NCBI GenBank assembly: GCA_013265495.1
Contig: MU058039.1
Location: 684,591-748,590 of the forward strand
From: Vicugna vicugna
Lineage: Eukaryota
Reading direction: 5' to 3'
Length of the DNA: 64,000 nucleotides
A program made the translations under genes and the position numbers. The stretch's first letter is position 1. Every line of letters begins with the position of its first letter. Below the pieces are notes generated by a model that did no database searches, was not told where the DNA came from, and saw only the letters and a program-made list of their open reading frames with translations. Positions 36,800 through 49,400 of the stretch are shown one piece after another.

Positions 36800-38050
36800 C
36801 CATCCATTCATTTATTTAGCAGACATTTTATTAATGGCCTCCAGTGTGTCAGGCCTGTGCTAGGGATACAGGCAGTGAGGCATCACTCATTGCCTCACAA
36901 ACAGCAGACCATCAATTCCATGGTAAATTGCTTGCACATATTGATGCAGGTACCACCAAAGAGAAATGCAGAGAGCTCAGGGTAGGGATTGACTAGGTTG
37001 TTGAGAAGGGAAATTCATGTGGAGAAAGTGGCATTCATCTCGAGTCTTGAGAAAGAATTACCTGGGTAACGGAAGGGGAGCAGGAATGGCATATGCAAAG
37101 GTCCTGAGGCAGCAGGGAGGATAGATGTGAGGGAAACTGAAAGAGGGACCTTGTGGCCTGAGCTCCAAGAGCAGAGGGAAGGGGAGTGAGCCTGGAGGAC
37201 GGAGAGGATGGTTTTGAATTTTATCCTAAGATCGCTCTGCTTGCTGTGTGGTAAAAGGCCTTTACGAGAGAGGGAAACAGAAGCAGAGGCACCAGTGAGG
37301 CTGTGGTGTAGTGAACCTGTGAAGATCATGGTGGCTCAGACCAGAAGGCTGGTGGGAGAGAAGGATGGACTCAGATCTGCTATGGGGAGAGTCAACAGGA
37401 CGTGGAGTGGTGGATTGGACATGTAGAGTGAGGGAGAGGAAGCATGAAACATGACATTGATGTTTCCAGTTTGAGCCCTTGCATGGAAGTAAGTGCCTTT
37501 CACTGAGAAGAAGCAGATGACCAGTTGCATTCCTGCTCTGACAAATATTCTGGTGTACCATCCTGTCGACATCTCTTGGATGTATGACCTGATTTGGTGA
37601 ATGAAATGTGAGCAGAAGTGACACATGTCATTCCTGAGCGGGAACTTTCAGGGCCATTGCATGGTTCAACCATGTCTCTCCCCTGAGATGTGTGGGGTCT
37701 CAGGTGAAAGGCTGCTTCCTCAACTGGCAGCAAAGCTGGCACGAGCTGGGCCCTTGGCCAATCCATGATGGACATGCAGTGTGAACAAGAAGCAAACTTC
37801 TGTTGTGTAAGCCTCTGAGCACTTGGAATCTTTGTTAGTGCAGCGTAGCTCGGCCCATGCTGACTATCCCGAGAAGGAGCAAGTTTTGTGGATAGGGAGA
37901 GATCAAGAGTTCAGGCTGGGAATGTTCAGTGTGCAGTGCCTGTGAGGTATATACATGGTGATGTCACGTAAGCAGGGGAATACCTAAGTTTGAAACTCAG
38001 AAGAGCAGTTGGATCTAGAAATATTTTACTGTGTGTCACCATGAGGAAAA
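36800..38050 (-). mobile_element. L2 LINE fragments interrupted by an MLT1 LTR
   Basis: catccattcatttatttagcagacattttatt...tatgcaaaggtcctgaggcag...gaggcaccagtgaggctg...gatcaagagttcag. Confidence 0.6.
37545..37866 (+). mobile_element. MLT1I/J-like MaLR LTR
   Basis: tgaaatgtgagcagaagtgacacatgtca...tgatggacatgcagtgtgaacaagaagcaaacttctgttgtgtaagcctctgag...tttgttagtgcagc...tgctgacta. Confidence 0.7.
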
Positions 38051-41000
38051 TGAGAACATGAAGACTCTGTCCATGATCACTGGGAGGGCTGGTGCTTGAG
38101 CTCAGGACTGCCTGACTTCAGGAATGAAGCAGCTGGAGTCAGTCCCAACTCTGTGACCTCATAATCATATGGTCTTGGACACATTACTTCATTCCTCAGT
38201 TTCTTTATGTGTAAAGTGGAGATAATGATGATACCTACCTCATGGAATTGCTGTGAGCATTAAGAGAGATAATAAATGTCAGCTGCTGTAGACAAGGGCC
38301 TGGGCCACAGAAGTGTCATGTGCATGGTAGCTGTTGTTACAGATGTTATTTTGTTATGTAACAAAAATGTCCAGTGGTAGGCAGTGGAATCAGGTTGGCT
38401 TCAGGTCCAGGCTTAATGCAGAGACTCAAATGATGACAACAGCCCCCAGACTGTCTCTAACTCTCAGCCCCTTTTACAGACAGTTCTCCCCTCATGGTCA
38501 CAAAATGGCTACAGTGATTCCATCCTTCACATCCTCTCCAACTCGGGGTAAGAGGGAAATGCACAGTCTTCAGCTCCAGCACTCCTAGCGAAGACATCAC
38601 TGGGTTCCTGGTTCTGGTTGGGTCTTGTGATTTGCTCCTGACTAGCCCATTGGATGGGAGTCAGAGAGGGCAGGTTCTCAAAGAGAAATCTGGGCTGTTG
38701 TTGGAAGAAGCAGTCATGGCGGCTGGGGAAGCAAACTACAAATGTCTCCTGATGGAAGGCCCGTGCTTTTCCCTTCTTCTCTGCCCTGTGAGGTTCCGGC
38801 AGACATTGTGGCCCCAGACAGCAGGGCTCTTCAAAGCCAGGACACTGGGCCATCCATGGTGCTTACCTGTTTGTCCGCTAGTCTAGCCTCCAGGCTTTGG
38901 GGGCCTGATAAGGGAGCATGCTCTCAGCTCAAGAGAGTCCCCCAGCTTCACAAATGACAGTCTTGGAAAATTTACACAGATACACCATTAGTTGCCTGCT
39001 CTTATAACAGACCCTGATGTCTTCAGGGAACCAGTGTGGCCAGCCCCGGGGATAAGTCCTCAATGGCCCAAGGGCAATCAGGATGGTCACAGCTTCTGGC
39101 TTAACCAGCTTCTCTGGCAAATGGAGTGGCCATAAGTGACAACACCTGGCCAGTGAGACATAAAAGAAAGTCTGTGGAGGTAAGGTAAATGTTCTGGCAA
39201 ATACCCTCCTTCCTGATTAGGGTCAGATCTCTAAGAAGAACACTCTTACATCATCCCTTTCTTTAACCCTTGCCGATGGTTCAGTGAGATGCACGGCTGT
39301 GGCTGCCAGCTGTGACCGTGAGGCCACACGCCAAAGATGTAAGCCAGCAGCACAGTGAGGGAAGGCAGGTGGGGGAGAAAGAGAAAATGCCCGATGTCAT
39401 TCCACGGTACCAATTGTGGGGCTTGGTATCTGGCCTCCTTGTCACATGAGAGAATGAAATGTCTTCATTGCCCGAGACACCACTGGATGGTATTGTTCCT
39501 TGCAGCCAGGAATTCATCCCACCTTCCCCTCCCACTGCCACTTGCTTCTTTCTCATGGTGCTGCTGCCTGGGCCCTACTTGTTCCCAACCACCATCCCCA
39601 GCTGCCTTCCTTGCACACAGCACCGAGTATTAGTCAGGGTCCTCAGATGCCAGCAGCAGAGCCATGCTTGACAGCCTTGGATGGAAGCAGATTCATCAGT
39701 GGCTTACAGAATCAACAGGAGGCCAGAGGAGCAATTGTAGCAAACAGGCAGGAGTCAAGAACACTGGAAGGAAGGAACCCAAGCATGCCTAGCAAGTCAC
39801 ACTGCAGGAAAAGACAGGTCGACATCCCCAACCACTGCAGGACACCCTCCAGTCTTTCATGCTCTCAGCTGAGGTCCTGTGCCTGCCCCCTGTCCCCCGC
39901 TGTGCTTCTGTAACTGGGGGGAGTAGGGAGAACTCCTGCCAAAGATACACGAAGGAATGGTGATAACAGCACTGACCGTGAGGGAGATGGTATTATCCCC
40001 ATTTTACAGATTGAAATTGAGTCACAGTTTCAGAAACCAGTCCGTGGCACACCAGTGTCTGAACCCAGGCAGGCTGGCTCTCCCAACAGGTGTTCCCCTT
40101 CAGGAAGATCAGAGCTCTACAGAGACAGCTGGAAAGGGACCAGTGTGTGCCAGTCCCTGAATCCCAGAGAGTCTGTGGGTGTCACACCCTCAGTCTGTGA
40201 GCGTCACGGGGAGACTCGGCTGCACCTGCTCAGGGAAGGGATTTGTGCAAAGAGACCGGGGCCTCCCAAACATCTGTGTGTTTTCACAGAAGGCAGCAAA
40301 ACGAATTGGGGATTTCTGACTGAGCTGGAAACAAAATGCCATCAGCGAAGTCCATCTGTCCGAGGTGTTTGCATAAGTCAGGGTCGCGTCAGGGCCAGCG
40401 CTTTTCCCAACCAGCCCAAACGTGGCCTCAAAGGTCTAATCCTCCGAACTCTGCCAGGCTGACCCAAGGATACAGCTGGGCTGTCAAGCGCCCTCAGCCA
40501 GCCTGGATACCCCAGCCTGGCCTCAGATCCAGGGCCCCTCAGGCCCTCATCTCTGGTGAAGCTGAAGCTGTACGCTGGTCACCAAAGGTCGCAGACCAGC
40601 AGCCCTGGCTGTAGTCTGGCCCACATACTTACTTTGTTGACCCTCATTGTGGTGTTTGTTGGTAATGTTGTTAAGAGGTATTTATCTGTTGACTAGAAAT
40701 ACGTGCAAGTAACGCAAACAGGAGCCAGTGGTGTGCGATACCAGATAAAGCTCCTTCCTCTTCAGAAACATACATTCTGGGAACACACAGTAGCTCACAG
40801 TCTTATTGGGTGGGAAGCCAGGAAAAAAATCGGAGTAATAAGTGAGTTTATACATAAGTACCAAGGGGGAAAAAATGAAGCAGGGGAGGGGGGCTGGGAG
40901 TGGAGGGGAAAGACACCCAGTTTCTCTCCCCAGAGGCAACCGCTCTGAGCAGTTTCTTGAAAATCCTCTTAGAAATCATCTCTGCGTGTTAGTTTGCTGT

Positions 41001-42729
41001 TGTTGTAGCTGTTTTGTTTCTCAAATTGGGAGATGTTGCATATAACTCTGGATATCTGGTTCCTCTTGAAAGATCCCATAACTAGGCGTCCCCATTCCTG
41101 CAGGGCTCGGTTGCAGGAGCTGAGGCCCAGTGCGCTTTTCAGAAGATGCCAGTGCCATCCAGGTTGCCACAGCCTCACCTGGCCCCAGGCCTGTCTCCCT
41201 TAACCACCCCAGCCCTGGGGACTTGCAACTTTCTGCCCCTTCTCCACCCCTTCCCCGCAGTGTCTTCAGGAATATTTCTGTGCTCCTGTGCTGATGGGGA
41301 ACCAGGAAGAGGGTGTGCTATTGCTCCGCACCCCCACTTCTCCCCTCACCTGGTTCTCATTTTCTCTGAGGCTGTAGGTCCCCCTCTCTGTTTGGCTCCA
41401 TGAATCTTCTTCATGCTTCACCTCGGTCCCTCTCTGCCAGCTAACTTCATACCTGTGGGCACGAGATATGAAATGTGCATACACATGCACACACACTCAC
41501 ACACAGGACATCTCCACTCCTCACTCAGAAAGCACCAACAGTCACTGACCACAATGACCGTGTCCATCTTCACCATCCAAGCGGAAGAAAAGTTGTTGGT
41601 CACCTTGAGTCACATGCCCAGCCCAGCCCTCCACTGCCCTGAACAGAATCTGCTCTGTTGGCAGGAGAAAGGGGCACAGCTGGTGGGACAGGTTCTGCCA
41701 CAGGCCATGATCCACTTTCCTCTTCCTTCCCCGCCAAGGGTTTCATCTTCCAGAAGCTCAAGGTAGAGACAAAGGGAAAGGATCCTGCAGAGTACGTTGC
41801 TGGACAGAAGAATGACCTCCCCTCCCCAGAGGTCTGCACGTCAGGATTGCTTACACATCAGGTTAGGAACGGGCTGTCTGTTCACTCATTTGGACACTAA
41901 ATAGTGAGCAAAGTATCCTGGACACTATTCCTGGGGCTGGGGCTATGTCATTGAACAACACAGACCCCCCTGCCATTCTGGAACATCGTTTAGTGATGGA
42001 GATAGTAAATAGATGATGAAGAAACTAATTTCAATTAGCGGTAACTGCTAAGGAAAAAGAAGAAAGCAGAGTGTGTGTCAGAGAAAGGCTTTGAGGAGAC
42101 AGGACTTAGAGTGGTTCGGGAAGGTTTCCCTGAAGAGTGGGCATCAGGCGAGGGAACCAGCCTGGTGAAGAACCGAGGAGGGACACCCACATATCCCAGA
42201 TGGGGCTTCATATGTCGGACGAACAGAGAAGAAGGCCAGTGTGATGGGATCTTAGTCCAGGCTGGGGAGAGGCATCAGGGAGACTGGCCAGTCCTATGCG
42301 GCTCATAGGCCAGCAGAGGGAATTTAGATTTTATTCTACTGCAATAAGAAGCCACTGGGGACATCTCAGCAAAGTAATGACAGAAGCTGATCTCTCAGCC
42401 CTCATAGTATCTATGAATCACGTAGATTTCTGGAGACATTCCCTCCCCCAAATCCACCAGTGCTCATGGTGATTCCGCCAGTGTTTTCGCTTCCTTTCTG
42501 GCGGGGTGGCTGGTCAGGTGGACAACAGTGCAGCCTCTGCGTACAGCCAACAGTAGACAGGACTCACAGGGGCAGAGGAACATGTTCATTGACACCACAG
42601 GGAAAAGTCAGCCAGGTCCTCAAAAGTGGGAAGCTCCACAGGACAAGTGACCCTTTCCTTCCACAAGTAAATAGCATCAAAATGGGAGGAGGAGGGGCTG
42701 TAGAGTAGAGAAGACTTAAGCAGAATACA

Positions 42730-43110
42730 GGTCTTAACTTGGATCCTGATTTGAACAAAACAACTCTTCAAAAGACACCTTTGAGACAACACGGGGGAAA
42801 TGTATTCAGACGAGGTAACACATGACATTAAAGAATTCTTATTTAACTAGGTGGGTATGAGAAAAGTATTATGGGGTTTTTTTTTTTTTGAAGGCCTTAT
42901 TTGCTCAAGATACAGGCTAAAGTATTTATAGGTGAAATGGCCTGATGTCTGGAATTTATTCTAAAATATTCTGTCAGAAACAAAGCAGAGGAGTGGGGAG
43001 ACAGATGAAACAAGAATGGCAAATAGTCAGTGGTGTTGAAACTGATGGGTTTTGGGTATGTTTGAAAATTTCTGTTTTTGGGTATGTTTAAAAATTTCCA
43101 TAATAAAAAG
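42730..43110 (+). mobile_element. L1ME-like 3' end, sense, ending in AATAAA
   Basis: ttggatcctgatttgaacaaaacaact...aagtatttataggtgaaatggcctgatgtctggaattt...gtatgtttaaaaatttccataataaaaag. Confidence 0.75.
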
Positions 43111-43217
43111 GTTTGGTTTTTTTTAATGAGTAAAACTGTCCAAAAAAATACCCAAAAAAGGTTATTCTCTGGGAGCAGTAATGTCACATCTCATCTTTGC
43201 CTTTTCTCCCTTTTCAG

Positions 43218-43526
43218 CATGGCCAGGAAGGCACCCCTGCAGCCTGCTGGCCTTGGTGCACATCTGCTGCTTGCTCTGTCCTGCTGAGCCACTCAGTCTG
43301 GAGCCCGCGGGACAGCACCTGCCTCGCGAGGTTGTCCTGGCTCAGTTTTCCACAGCGATGGTGGAGAATTGGACTCCACAGTCTCACAACCTTCCCGTCA
43401 GGCTTCAGGGACCAGCATCCTTCATCCTGGGACTGGTGGCCCTGAACAATGGCTGAGGGCCAGGGGACCCCATAAAGTTAGTCTTCGGCTTAACAGGGGC
43501 CAGTAGCACTCCAGCACCCGTGGACT
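43218..43526 (+). other. SIPA1L3: 5'UTR part of the first coding exon of SIPA1L3 (309 nt)
   Basis: Acceptor ctttgccttttctcccttttcag| ends at 43217, followed by unique sequence running to the ATG at 43527. The length agrees with the ~310-nt UTR portion I recall for the human exon. Confidence 0.85.
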
Positions 43527-45027
43527 ATGACCACCTATCGGCCCATTCCCAGCGATGGTGTGGACCTGGCAGCCAACTGTGGGGCCAGGGCCGCCGATGT
43601 CCTCCCTGGGCCGCACACAGGGGACTTCACTCCCATGGGATTCTGGGTCCAGAACGGCAGCATGCCCCAGCCTGTGGGCGAGAGCCCCGCCAGTGCCACA
43701 ACCCGCCCCAGTCCCACCACCCCCGCGGTGCCCAAGATGGGTGTGCGCGCAAGAGTGGCCGACTGGCCGCCCAAGCGGGAGGCCCTGAGAGAGCAGAGCA
43801 ACCCCAGCCCCTCACAGGACACAGACGGCCCAAAAGCCACAAAGGTGGCCCATTCAATGAGGAACATTCAGAACGGACAGCCCCCCACCGGCACCCCCAC
43901 TTCCTCAGGGTCCAAAGCCTTCCACCGACTCTCCAGGAGGAGGTCGAAAGATGTGGAATTCCAAGACGGGTGGCCCCGGTCCCCCGGAAGGGCTTTCCTC
44001 CCGCTGCGGCACCGCAGCAGCAGCGAGATCACCCTCAGCGAGTGCGATATGGAGGACGCGGCAGAGCCCCGGGGGGCCCGGCACACCGGGGCACTGCCCC
44101 TGTTCCGCGAGTACGGGAGCACGTCCTCCATCGACGTGCAGGGCGTGCCCGAGCAGAGCTTCTTCGACATCCTCAATGAGTTCCGCAACGAGCAGCCCGA
44201 GGCCCGGGGCGTCCAGAACCTCTCCGAGCTCCTGCGGCCTGATCCTGGCCCACACCTCTCTGGGGGCGGCAGCGGAGCCAAGGGGGACGCCCGCAACGGG
44301 CAGCCCGCAAAGGACGGCCTTCTGCCACTGCAGCCGGTGAAGGAGAAGGAGAAGGCCCGGAAGAAGCCGGTGCGGGGCCTGGGCGGCGGGGACACGGTGG
44401 ACTCGTCCATCTTCCGGAAGCTGCGGAGCAGCAAAGCGGAGGGCGAAGCGGCTCGGTGCCCGGGGGAGGCCGAGGACGGCCGGAGCCCCCCGGAGGCCAG
44501 CAGGCCGTGGGTCTGCCAGAAAAGCTTCGCCCACTTCGATGTGCAGAGCATGCTGTTCGACCTCAATGAGGCGGCCGCCAACCGGGCGTCCACGGCCCAG
44601 CGGCGGAACACGACCACAGGGGCCTCGGCCGCCTCCGCCATGGCCTCCCTCACAGCGTCGCGGGCGCACGGCCTCGGCGGCCTGGACCCCGCCTTCACCA
44701 GCACGGAGGACTTGAACTGCAAGGAGAACCTGGAGCAGGACCTCGGCGACGACAACAGCAACGACCTGCTGCTCAGCTGCCCGCACTTCCGCAACGAGAT
44801 CGGCGGCGAGTGCGAGCGCAACGTGAGCTTCTCCCGGGCGACCACGGGCTCCCCGGGCGAGGGCCGCCCGCCGGAGCCAGTCCTGAGCGCCTACCGCACC
44901 AACGCCAGCATCTCGGTGCTGGAGGTGCCCAAGGAGCAGCAGAGAACGCAGAGTCGCCCGCGGCAGTACAGCATCGAGCACGTGGACCTGGGCGCCCGCT
45001 ACTACCAGGACTACTTCGTGGGCAAAG
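43527..45027 (+). CDS. SIPA1L3: SIPA1L3 first coding exon (N-terminal region, 500 codons + 1 nt)
   Basis: ORF MTTYRPIPSDGVDLAA...PKMGVRARVADWPPKRE...HRSSSEITLSECD...LFREYGSTSSID...SFAHFDVQSMLFD...SCPHFRNEIGGE...YSIEHVDLGARYYQDYFVGK, recognised as the SIPA1L3 N-terminus. Donor AAG|gtgacg, phase 1. Confidence 0.97.
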
Positions 45028-45060
45028 GTGACGTGGGGGGCAGGCGGGCCGCAGCATGTC
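43950..45060. promoter_or_regulatory. Intragenic (exonic) CpG-island-like segment
   Basis: Visibly very GC- and CpG-rich compared with the CpG-poor introns. It coincides with the 3' two-thirds of the large coding exon. Confidence 0.7.
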
Positions 45061-46330
45061 TCTGAGACTCACTGCTCATTCATTCCCTCTGTACCAGGCC
45101 CTGCCCCGGCAGCAAGTACCGGGTACGCAGTGGTGGAAACAAAACAAAACAGCCCCTGCACCTGTTTCAGGAATGAACCGGTATCTGTTCCCTGACAAGC
45201 TGGGGAGATTGTTTACCCCACTGCAGGTGCTGTTCTGATTGGGGCCATTAATTAACACACATTATTTGAGTCTTAGATAAGCCTTTGAGTCGCCAACAGC
45301 ATCTCCTGAGAATAGGAAGCATCATTTAACTATTCAGTGCACTGGGATGGGAAGGAATTTCTGGCAGTGGGTAGATGGTGACTTCAGGAACTGAAGTCGA
45401 GACAGACTGCTGGTGGGCATCCACCAGAAGCAGGAGATAACTTGGGTTATCCATCAGGAAGAACTGTTTGCCTGGAACGATTATAAGACAGAAGTTTTTT
45501 TTTTTAAGGAGAGACAGCTGTCATTTTGGGGAGAGAAGAGACTTCCTCTGTGACTTGTTAAAGGCTCTGTCACCAAAGGGAAAAAAACAGTATTTAAGCT
45601 TCCTATGGCTCTAGAAACATGGTTAGACAAGGGTGATGCTTAGGGACTTGAGTTATGGTCCTTTTCTGTGACAAACATCATGCCCTGGGGGTAGTAATAG
45701 CCATGTACTTACTGTGTGCCCGGCTCTGTGCTAAGTGCTCCATGCGTATTAACCTATTTAATCCTCACAACAGGGCTGAGAGCTGGGTCCCTCCTTCCTG
45801 ATCCCATTGTACTGATGAGAATGTTACCAAGTGACTTGGGCCACACACCTAATGAGTCCAGAGTCTGGACTTCAGCCAGGCAGGAGGCTCTCTAGACTAG
45901 AATCTAGCCACTTCACAGGCTAATTGGCAACTAAGCTGATGAACACCTGCAAATGCGGGATAATCACAATAAGGCTACTTTTATTACATGGTATGCACTG
46001 CATTAAGCATTTTTTATTTGTCCCTTCATTTCACCCTCACATCAGCTCTGTGAATTGTTGGTAGCATGAGGGCTTTCCATGTCCCAGATAAGAGCACTGA
46101 GACTCAGGAAACTTCGTCTGTGACTGGCAGAGGTGGTGTAGTGATGTGGGCTTTACCTCTTCTGACCTCTCCACTGAGTGTGGCCATGACCAGGCATGAG
46201 GTTTGTGTGACCAGGACCCCACAAGTTGCACCAGAGCCTTCCCCAGCTGTCCCCTCAGGAGGCCAGCCGTGGGACATCACCCCTCCTTCCCAGAGAGCTG
46301 GCTCTGAACTTCCCTGCTCTTCCCTTTCAG

Positions 46331-46461
46331 AGCATGCCAATTACTTCGGTGTGGATGAGAAGCTGGGGCCCGTGGCCGTGAGCATCAAGCGGGAGAAGCT
46401 GGAGGACCACAAGGACCACGGGCCTCAGTACCAGTACAGGATCATCTTTCGGACCCGCGAG
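46331..46461 (+). CDS. SIPA1L3: SIPA1L3 coding exon 2 (131 nt)
   Basis: tccctttcag|AG CAT GCC... encodes (E)[43 protein letters not shown], then |gtaggt. Phase 1 in, phase 0 out. Confidence 0.96.
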
Positions 46462-49400
46462 GTAGGTCCCCATCACTTCCGTTATTATTACGTAAATAAG
46501 AGCCACTCGCATCTGTAAGCCCTTATCCTTGCCAGGTTCTGTGGACAAGTGCCTCCCCTGCTTCAACTCTTATAAGCCTTCCAACAACCTCAAGAGAGCA
46601 ATCCTGTGAGTCCCCCCATTTTACAGAAGAGAATACCAAGACTCAAAGACATCAGTGAGTAAATGGCCAGGCCAGGATTGGAATCCAGTGTGCCTGACTG
46701 CAGAGCCAAAAAGTCTTTTATTTGCAAAAGATTAAGTAGGGTTAGCATAAGAAATAAAGGGAGAGATGTAGGGGCTTATTTCAGAATCGTGAGGGGTCCT
46801 GCAGAACAGTAAGGAGAATTACGGCAGCAAGTCTCAGGCAGGGCAGGAATTGGGGAATCTCAGCAGCAGGCACTGCTGTTGATATTGATCAGCTCAAAAC
46901 ACTCCCTGCACTAATTCTTTCCTTCTGGCTTGGGGAGTCGTCTTCCCCTGGAATGAATGTCAGTGTGGCTAGGGAACAAGACCTGTTGGGGGCACCCTGC
47001 TCGAAAAAGACTCTAACTTGTAAGTGGCAGAAATCTACTTCTGTCTGGTTTAAGCCAGAAATAGAATTCCTTGGTTCACGTAACTGCAGATCCAGGGGTA
47101 GGGATAGCTTCAGGCATAGCTGGACCCAGGCACTCAAATGACGTCACAAGAACTCTGCCTCCTTATCACTCTTGCTCAGCTGGCTCTGCTGCTTTTTTTT
47201 GCATTGTGAATGTCACACTATTCTGCCACCAATATGCTCTCTCCATGTCATGGGAAAATAGAGACTGGCTGCTCAGATCTTCTCCATCTTTATACTTTCT
47301 CCGCTAGACTCTTAACCTCCTCAATCTCTGGGAAGGACCCTGATTGGCTCTGCTTGGATCACAAGCCCACACCCCGGGCTAGTCATCAGGGATGACAGAG
47401 GAAACTGACTAGATCTAGGTCATGTGCTCTACCCTCGGTCCAGCAGCTGAGCAGGGCACTGTGATTGACAGTTCTGTCAGAGCCACCTGGAGGTGGTGGT
47501 GAGGCAGTTCCTAGCAAAAGGAGGGGAGCTCAGCCAGCAGCAATGATGGAGACTTCCAAAGACCCAAAAGGAAGACCCTTCCAGAAAGGGGCAGTCATCA
47601 GCTGGACAGGCTCCCAAGATACATCTCCCTCAGCCCTGCGTTGCCCCATCCCCCTTGGGCCTGGCCTTTGCGCAGACACAGGAACCCAGCAGGGCAGGCA
47701 GCGGTTGCCAGGGATTTTGGGTGTGGGGCCAGCCAAGCCTGGACCTCATCCAGACCGGCAGATGCTGCACCAAGGGCCGCAGCCCCATCCCCTCATGCAG
47801 GCCTTCCCGCTGAGAGGGAGTGGGATGACACAGAGGCTCTGTGGCTGCCTTGGGGAGGCAGCCCCCGAAACTTGGTGCCCCAGACCACAGGTGGTCACTG
47901 GCCCCTTGTCTCCCCAGTGCCCTCCTTCCTCTCCTCACCGCTCTGGCCAGATGAGCACCAGGGCAGGCTGTGAGGTGACAGCTGCCAGGTGAAATGACAA
48001 TGGCAGTCATATACTAACAAGTGATGTTGCAGCTGGTTTGCTTAACGCTGTGTCAGGCGTTTCCTATGCCTGTTCTGTATATTCACTCACTCAAATGTCG
48101 TGACAGTTCTGCTATGATGGCACTGCTCTCCTCATTCATAGGTGATGAAGCAGGCACAGAGAGGGTAAAGGACCTGCCTAGAGCACCCCGAGTAAGTGCA
48201 AGGTGTTGGCCTGCACTCCAGCCACTGCCTGGCCGCCTCTGAGGTTCCACTGACTCAGCTCAGGCTGTCCATCAGACCCATTCATGAGTTATGAACTCAA
48301 CTTAGTGCCAGTGTTTTATGTTACTGGGTTTTTCCTTTTTTTAATGGAAACAGAATATTTAGAATGATTTTTTCTTTTAATACCAGACTACGTTGTACAT
48401 ACTGAGCATTGTGAGACTGGTGTGGAGATGCTGGGTCAGGGGGTAACATTTTTGCTGTGATTCCTATTCAGTAGGTTTGAAACTGACTTGGTGCCATTCC
48501 TGCCTTGTGACTGCTTCCGTCCACTTCGCACCCCCAGCACCCACGAAACTAGCTCTGACCCACCCCAGGCTGGGCATGGGGCCCTCGCAGCCCAAGGGCA
48601 CAGTTCTGGCATTCATCCACGCCACAGAGATTCACTCAGCACCACCACCGGCCAGCCCTGTGCTCGGCACTGAGAGAACAGTAGTGAATAAGTCAGGAAA
48701 GATGCTCCTGGGACTGCATTCTCATGGGGGAGGCAGACAGTATGCAGATACTTTAGTAAATTGTACAACACGGTACATGATGGCCAAGTGGAAAGTAAAG
48801 CAAAGAAGAGAGATAAGTGTGGGGGTGGTAAGATTTTCAGACAGGATGGTCAAAGGAGGTGTCACTGGGAAGAGAACATTGGAGTAAAAGACCTGAAGGA
48901 GATGAGAGAAGGAGCCATGTGGACATCTGGAAGGATGTCCCAGGGGGTGGGAATAGCCAGTGCAAAGGTTCCGAGGCAGGACCGTGCCTGGCACAGCCAC
49001 TCAACAGCTATGAAACCTTGGGCATGTGGCTTCTCTCAGAGGCTCAGTTTTCCCCACGGGAATCCCAGTCTCCCAGGACCGTGGTGTGGCCGTGGGGAGG
49101 TTGCCCATAAAAAGTAAGCCTTGCTGGGCCTGACACTTGGGGCCAGCCCAGTGAGGTTAGCCTTTGAGAGGGGTCTCAGTCTACTTTCCCTTTGTAACAC
49201 TCCAGTCAGCCCTGAGAATTGTGGCCCACTGTGAGGTTCACAGCCACAAGCAGGTCTTTCTCTACCCTCACACACATGCAGGCCACACGCATACTCAGTC
49301 CTGGGCCCAACCCCTTGCAGTGCTGCCTGTGGGGCACTCAGGCCTGAGGCCCTTCCTGCCGTGGAGGCAGAGCAGAGGGTCCCATGGCCCACAAGCAGTA

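Noticed and set aside
43868..44981. Long antisense ORFs (325 aa and 358 aa) and the 219-aa alternative-frame ORF overlapping the large exon
   Set aside because: Expected shadows of a GC-rich coding exon with few stop codons; no recognisable domain or independent gene structure.
45028..45065. C-terminal extension GDVGGRRAAACL of the 512-aa ORF
   Set aside because: Intron read-through; the protein continues as EHANYFG via the phase-1 splice to 46331.
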